From a virus: a stretch of 64,000 bases of DNA. Numbering within the stretch: position 1 is the stretch's first letter; the number at the start of each line of letters is the position of its first letter. The stretch spans positions 1 through 64,000 of IMG/VR virus record IMGVR_UViG_3300013307_000002, one strand, 5' to 3'. Both the position numbers and the translations under genes were made by a program. This document shows positions 58,556 to 64,000 of the stretch, piece after piece. The notes under the pieces are model-generated. The model did not search any database and was not told the DNA's origin. It was given only the letters and a program-made list of their open reading frames with translations.

Positions 58556-60502
58556 TTGACACAAACAGCAGAGGTAGTATTAGCAGAAGGTTTTAATGAA
58601 TCAGTAGCTGGAATTGCTCAGCAGCAGATTGATGCATTCTCTAATGGTATTGAATCGTTTGATAAGTTAAGAAATAGGACACCGAGATTTGAAGGTGAAC
58701 GAGTATACCTAAAGTCTTGGAATGAAGGTGTTGGTAAGGGTGGTGGTTTCTTTGTTGGTAAATTGACTAGACAAGCTGACGATGGTGGTTACATTGCTTC
58801 TGTAGGAAGTAATTATCACTGGAAGCGTGAATGTGTAGACATTGACCATCTGACAGTTCTAGACTTTGGAGCTGTAGGTGATGGAACAACTGATGACGCT
58901 CCTGCTGTTCGTAGGATGATTGATTTCTCTTATAGTAATTACGCTAAGACAATCAGTATTCATGCTGGTCGTGTTGGTGTTAGATTTCCAACTGGATCTT
59001 TCAACGTAAGCCCTATTGATATTACAGATAAAGGAGAAGTTCCTGAATTTGTTATCTTTGCTCCGTGGATGATCTTTGGTGTAATGCCTCTGACGACTAT
59101 CACCTCAGATAAGAGTGATAAACCTGTATTCCTTGTAAAAGCTCGTCGTATGACAGTGCATGGAATCAATTGGGATGGTCAACAGACTACTCCAATTAAT
59201 CGTAGGAATGAAAGTAACCCGACAGGCACTAATATGCTTGTAGGCGCTACTCTGGGTATCTTTAATGATACAGCAAGTAATAAACAATCATTCCTAAGAA
59301 ATATTTGTTCAGGTGGTGAATATGTTCGAATCCACTGTTTCCGTGCTTATCGTACTGGCGGTGTGGTATTCGATACCCTTGATACGTTGGATACTAAACT
59401 TGATCAAGTATATGGCAATATGACAGCAGCTCCGTTTATTACAGCGGGCTGGTCAAATCAGTCATGGGCTTCATGGGATCATTCAACAGCATTAGAGCTT
59501 TCAAATGCGAACTTCCAGTTCTGTATGGCTCCTGCTATTTATGCTCCTCGTTGTGCTCAGTCTATCTTTGATAATGTTTGGTTTGAACATGGAGCTATTC
59601 CTTTCGACATTAACAACGGTCACTTCCGACTGATGAATGTTAGTGTTGAAGATTGTGTTTACAATCCTGTTGCTTGGAAAGCTCGACTGAATATTCAAGG
59701 TTGGTCTGGCCCTACTGGTAATAAACTAGACACTACAACCACTCCTACTGATGCAGCATGGCCTAGCTATCCTACTAATCCTGATGGTCAACCTATCACT
59801 GGTTGGTTATCTGGTTATGAAGATGGTAAGTTTGAATTAGAGCATTACGGCGCTCGGTTTGATTGCCCTGTTCGTATTCTCTGGAGTGAGGGTAATGTTC
59901 GTGGTCGTAATAACACCGGTTCTTCAGTGTGGGTTAAACTCTGTAGATTGCAGTCTCAAACAGTGGGTCAGCAATGGGAGTTAGAAATCCTATCTAAGAA
60001 TGGTTATAGTGGACTGAGAGCAGCACCTAAGCCTACTGGCGATGGTACAGCAGGTAAGACAGTAATTCGAGTACAGAGGGGCGCTGGTTCAGCTCCTATT
60101 CTCTCTATGCATCATGAAGGTTTTAATGGTATTCTAGAGGCTCAGTATACTGCTCCTTATAGTAATATCGTAGAGATTTGGGTGAAAGTAGCTGCTTGGT
60201 GTGGTGAATATGCAATGTTCGCTAAATCAACAGGAGTCACTCGTTATGATGCAGGAGCTTGTTGTATCTTCACCCCTTATGGTGATCAACAGACAGATGC
60301 TCCGGGTCTTACACCTATTGCCCCTATGTTCAGTTTACATAATGGACAGGCAGGAGTTGGTGCTTATGGAGATACGATTGCGTTTGATACAGCGTTTGTA
60401 GCAGCCAATCAAATCGATACAAGTAAAACACCTGTATATGTTAAAGTCCGATTTAACGGGAAAGACTATGCATTAGCTTTAAGTAGCTTGCTAGCTTCCT
60501 AA
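58556..60502 (+). CDS. beta-helix polysaccharide depolymerase/tailspike-like protein
   Basis: 'GGGFFVG...DDGG', 'VLDFGAVGDGTTDDAPA', 'VRFPTG' pectate-lyase-3-type start; flanked by terminators. Confidence 0.75.
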   Translation: MTQTAEVVLAEGFNESVAGIAQQQIDAFSNGIESFDKLRNRTPRFEGERVYLKSWNEGVGKGGGFFVGKLTRQADDGGYIASVGSNYHWKRECVDIDHLTVLDFGAVGDGTTDDAPAVRRMIDFSYSNYAKTISIHAGRVGVRFPTGSFNVSPIDITDKGEVPEFVIFAPWMIFGVMPLTTITSDKSDKPVFLVKARRMTVHGINWDGQQTTPINRRNESNPTGTNMLVGATLGIFNDTASNKQSFLRNICSGGEYVRIHCFRAYRTGGVVFDTLDTLDTKLDQVYGNMTAAPFITAGWSNQSWASWDHSTALELSNANFQFCMAPAIYAPRCAQSIFDNVWFEHGAIPFDINNGHFRLMNVSVEDCVYNPVAWKARLNIQGWSGPTGNKLDTTTTPTDAAWPSYPTNPDGQPITGWLSGYEDGKFELEHYGARFDCPVRILWSEGNVRGRNNTGSSVWVKLCRLQSQTVGQQWELEILSKNGYSGLRAAPKPTGDGTAGKTVIRVQRGAGSAPILSMHHEGFNGILEAQYTAPYSNIVEIWVKVAAWCGEYAMFAKSTGVTRYDAGACCIFTPYGDQQTDAPGLTPIAPMFSLHNGQAGVGAYGDTIAFDTAFVAANQIDTSKTPVYVKVRFNGKDYALALSSLLAS

Positions 60503-60548
60503 ATAAATAACCTCGCTTCGGCGGGGTTTTCTTTTCTCTGGAGTAAGT

Positions 60549-60863
60549 ATGAAAAATCTTCCACAGCTTATTAATCTTTGTCGTAAAGCTCTTATGCCGC
60601 CTGCTTCTCCAGTAGAAGAGAAGACTACTGTGACGCCTAAAAAGTTTTCTTTATCAGAAGCTCACGCTATTCTATGTATTGCTGAGGAAGAGCGTAGACG
60701 TTCTTGTAATCAGTTACGGTTAGGGCAGGCTATCTGGAACGTAGCGAGAGATAAAAATCCAGATCTTATGTCAGCGCATTGTGCTACTGATAAAGATTTC
60801 TTCTATTTTAGAGATCCTCATAAGGCTTTAGAATACTTCAACACTTATTATGTAGAGCATTAA
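60549..60863 (+). CDS. hypothetical protein
   Basis: 'LRLGQAIWN...DFFY' motif common in small phage proteins. Confidence 0.55.
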   Translation: MKNLPQLINLCRKALMPPASPVEEKTTVTPKKFSLSEAHAILCIAEEERRRSCNQLRLGQAIWNVARDKNPDLMSAHCATDKDFFYFRDPHKALEYFNTYYVEH

Positions 60864-61470
60864 AATGAAATGCTTTAGTTGTAGTAGTCCTCAAGTGAAT
60901 CTAAGATATTACTCTATGCAAGAGTTAAAGAAGGGTTCACCCACTAGAGGGAAGAATAAAGAGTATGTTACTGTTAAAGTTAAACATGCAACCTGTAAAG
61001 TTTGTCAAGCTCAATCAGCGGAGTATTCATGAAAGTAGCTATTTTAATTTGCGATGCTGGGGATGGCTCAGCATATTTGGACTGGTTTAAAAATGTTGAA
61101 CTGGCAAAGTCTATTAGCAATAAACATGAAGATTATTATATGAACGAAGGATCTCCAAACATTATTGAGGTTCCAGATGGTTGGTCGCCTCCGAGTGGAT
61201 TCTCTGATGATATGTTTTCAGACAATGGAGAGGAAGAATAATGGCTGTAAATAACTCTCGTCGTTTTCGTGTAGCAGAACCTCCTGCTTCTTCTCCAGAT
61301 AAGTTTAGAGTTACCCTCACTCAGTGGAATCCTGAGTTTACAGAGGTTCGTTGGCAGGATGTTAAAGTAGCTAAAACAATGGGTCAGGCTGCTAAGATTA
61401 AAGGCGACTTTGAGGCAGAGCATTTTACCAACATCGGAAATATTGAATCAATTTAAGTAAGGAGTCATGG

Positions 61471-62127
61471 ATGACTGCGGAAGTAAAACTAGTAAGTATT
61501 ACCCCTGATGCAGAAGCAACTATGGGTTACATCGCTCGTGTATCAAACCCAGCTAATCAGAACAACCCAAATGTTGCAGGTCTGCTTTCTTATTGTCTAC
61601 GTCATGGTCACTGGTCTGTATTTGAACAGGCTACAATGACTCTGGAGATTAAGACAACGAGAGCTATCTCAGCTCAGATTCTTCGTCATCGAAGCTTCAC
61701 TTTCCAAGAGTTTAGTCAGCGGTATGCTGAAGTCAGTTCGGAGTCTCTGGAAGTTCCAGAACTCAGAGCACAAGACACTACAAATCGTCAGAACTCTTTT
61801 GTTGTAGAAGGTGAAGAACAGAAAGCGGTATTTGAAGGCTTTCAAAAAGAAGCTGAAATACTCTTTGAAGAGATTATGGATCTCTATGAAGAGATGCTTA
61901 GATTCGGTGTTGCTAAAGAATGTGCTCGAATGATTCTTCCTATGTGTTCACCTACCACGATTTATATGACTGGTAATGTTCGTAGTTGGATTAATTATAT
62001 TAACCTCCGTGCTGCTAATGGTACACAGAAAGAGCATATGGAAGTAGCTGAGCTGGCTAAGAAAGTATTTGTAGAACAACTACCTATTGTTTCAAAAGCA
62101 TTAGGTTGGGTTTCTGAGACTGAGTAA
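61471..62127 (+). CDS. thyX: FAD-dependent thymidylate synthase
   Basis: 'GHWSVFE', 'RHRSFTFQEFSQRY' (RHRx7SxR), 'ECARMILP'. Confidence 0.95.
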   Translation: MTAEVKLVSITPDAEATMGYIARVSNPANQNNPNVAGLLSYCLRHGHWSVFEQATMTLEIKTTRAISAQILRHRSFTFQEFSQRYAEVSSESLEVPELRAQDTTNRQNSFVVEGEEQKAVFEGFQKEAEILFEEIMDLYEEMLRFGVAKECARMILPMCSPTTIYMTGNVRSWINYINLRAANGTQKEHMEVAELAKKVFVEQLPIVSKALGWVSETE

Positions 62128-62578
62128 GAGGAGAGTAGAATGAATATTATCTACGTTGCGTTTATTGTTTATATCGTATTGTCAGCTATTCCTGTTTATC
62201 TTCTTTTCCGCTGGAAACGAAAGCATGAACAAGACCTTAGAAACCTAGCTATGCAATCTGGTAAAATGGCAGTAGCACAATTAAATCAGACTCTTCTTAT
62301 CAGTGACCTCTCAGAACGAATGACATCGTTAGAGTCTAAGACAGAGGAGTCTAAAACTCAATGATGGCAAGTATGGAGGTTAAAATGGGAGTTGATACAG
62401 TGAAATGGTGTGACGATAAAATGAAAGAGGCTATCGAAGGTGGTAAGCAACAAGAAGCTGCTGCCTATGCTAGACTCAAACATATGTGGGAAGAAAGAGT
62501 AAATGATCCGAGTAAGAAACCTGATAACGGGTAAGATTGAAGAAGCTCACTTTGACAACGACTTTTGGAGATTGAAAG

Positions 62579-63088
62579 ATGAAGTACGTACAAGGGAATC
62601 TGTTGACGGCTCTACAATCTGGCAAGCTGGATGTGATCGCCCATCAGACGAACTGCTTCTGCAAGGGTCGTCGTGGAATAGCACCTCAAATCTTTGATGC
62701 CTTTCCTGAAGCTAAGCTTGCTGACGATAAAACAGAAGTAGGCGATGCAAGCAAGATGGGCAACTTTACTGTAGCGACCACTATGTGTGGTGGTCGTGTT
62801 TATAACCTCTATGGTCAATATCATTTTGATAACAGGAAGTCTGACTATGGAACTCATTATCCCTCTTTGCAGAACTCTTTATATGAAATGGCTTGTGATT
62901 TGCGAGAAGTTTATAGAAGCTCTACCGATGATACTCCTATTAGGGTTGGCTTTCCTCTCATTGGCTGCGGCCTTGCCGGGGGTGATTGGAATCGTGTTTC
63001 AGAGTTTATAAAGAATGCCTTTGATGGCCCAGAATATGATGTTTATATTTATACTTTAAATAAAATGGATGGTGTTCAATATGTCTAA
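62579..63088 (+). CDS. macrodomain (ADP-ribose binding/hydrolysing) protein
   Basis: 'GNLL...IAHQTNC...GIA', 'NLYGQY', 'FPLIGCGLAGGDW'. Confidence 0.88.
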   Translation: MKYVQGNLLTALQSGKLDVIAHQTNCFCKGRRGIAPQIFDAFPEAKLADDKTEVGDASKMGNFTVATTMCGGRVYNLYGQYHFDNRKSDYGTHYPSLQNSLYEMACDLREVYRSSTDDTPIRVGFPLIGCGLAGGDWNRVSEFIKNAFDGPEYDVYIYTLNKMDGVQYV

Positions 63089-63318
63089 GATTAGTAAAAT
63101 TGCTTTACATCTGGATGTACTTTTCTGGTTTATTATTGTTGTTTCTACCACAGTTTTTGACATGATATTTTCACCGACCTTCTGGGTGTTTGTTGCAATC
63201 TGCGGTTTGATTGAAGCATGTGCTCGTTTGTTAAAATCAGACTAATTAGCACTCTAGACTCCTTCAGATGAATGAATATGTATTGTATACGTATACACTT
63301 ATCTACAAGGAGTTTAAG

Positions 63319-63636
63319 ATGCCATCAAGTAAAGGATACATTCGCAATTATGATCAAGAAAGAAAAACAGCCATCTCCAGAGGGGAAACTGGAAAAGGAT
63401 CTAATTCTGGAGATGCAGTACGTCACCGCGCACGTAGGATCGTTGAAAAACGCTCTGGTAAGAGTGCAATCGCTGGAAAAGATGTTGACCACATTAAAAC
63501 CATCAAGTCAGGTGGCAGTAATGAATCACACAACTTACGTATTAGATCAGCTTCCGCAAATCGCTCAGATGGTGGAAAGTCTGGCTCTGTCAGCGGAAAA
63601 GCTAAAGGCGGAAGAAAAGGAGCTTTAAACAGTTGA
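63319..63636 (+). CDS. small HNH endonuclease
   Basis: AGGAG RBS; 'KDVDHIK...GGSNESHNLR...ANRS'. Confidence 0.8.
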   Translation: MPSSKGYIRNYDQERKTAISRGETGKGSNSGDAVRHRARRIVEKRSGKSAIAGKDVDHIKTIKSGGSNESHNLRIRSASANRSDGGKSGSVSGKAKGGRKGALNS

Positions 63637-63914
63637 GTGTAACTATAACAGTTCCTGATTACCAAGTGCTGGAGAGCTTAACATCATCAACCGTTGTTGA
63701 GTTCTTTGGAAACGATCTTCTTACCTACTTCAGCGAATCAAGTTTAATTGAAGCTGCGGGAGGGTTAGAACATCTTGTCAGTTATTTACCTGATGATAAG
63801 ATTGACGAAGAGTTTCTCCATAGGCACCCAAATCCTAGCGAAATCCTAGACTACCTAGATGATGAAGCTATTATGGATTACCTTATTAATAAAGGTTACA
63901 ATATCGAAATGTAA
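63633..63914 (+). CDS. hypothetical acidic protein
   Basis: 93-aa ORF followed by a terminator at ~63918-63948. Confidence 0.55.
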   Translation: MSVTITVPDYQVLESLTSSTVVEFFGNDLLTYFSESSLIEAAGGLEHLVSYLPDDKIDEEFLHRHPNPSEILDYLDDEAIMDYLINKGYNIEM

Positions 63915-64000
63915 AACAACCCGCTAGAGGGATCTAGTGGGTTTTCTTGTCTCTAAATTAGGATTAGCATATGTCTAAAAATATCCCTTCAAATTCAGTA

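Larger units (their letters stand above)
23659..60635 (+). repeat. dispersed 12-mer ACTACTGTGACG (putative single-strand nick sites)
   Basis: exact copies at 23659, 26002, 26625, 30580, 35528 and 60624, all on the + strand; variant ACTACTATGAC at 50528. Confidence 0.75.

Overview
About 64 kb of a lytic enterobacterial podophage. Gene content and order resemble the phiEco32 / 7-11 / GAP52 group (Kuravirus/Grimontviridae-like); this assignment is from gene recognition, not a database search. The minus strand (1-21.1 kb) is the virion and packaging operon: terminases, portal, scaffold, major capsid with a probable -1 frameshifted Ig extension, tail proteins and fibres (one ending in a glycerophosphodiester phosphodiesterase), and endolysin. 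A ~2.6 kb nearly ORF-free switch region (21.1-23.7 kb) probably holds the genome termini. The plus strand carries early/middle genes: ProQ/FinO, cell-wall hydrolase, five tRNAs, PhoH, HD hydrolase, TerB/TerC, a NARP1-like NAD pathway, an amidoligase/ATP-grasp cluster, primase-helicase, a stand-alone polymerase exonuclease domain, dCTP deaminase, ThyX and a macrodomain. The most unusual signals are non-coding. (i) Three tandem rRNA-operon-like units (16-bp-spacer promoter, hairpins, boxA) feed a run of stem-enclosed structured RNAs upstream of a phage ProQ. (ii) A strand-polarised 12-mer, ACTACTGTGACG, occurs six times and matches the single-strand nick consensus of phage tf. (iii) IHF consensus sites cluster near the probable terminus. 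(iv) Two non-canonical tRNA-like RNAs and several pseudoknotted intergenic RNAs are present.
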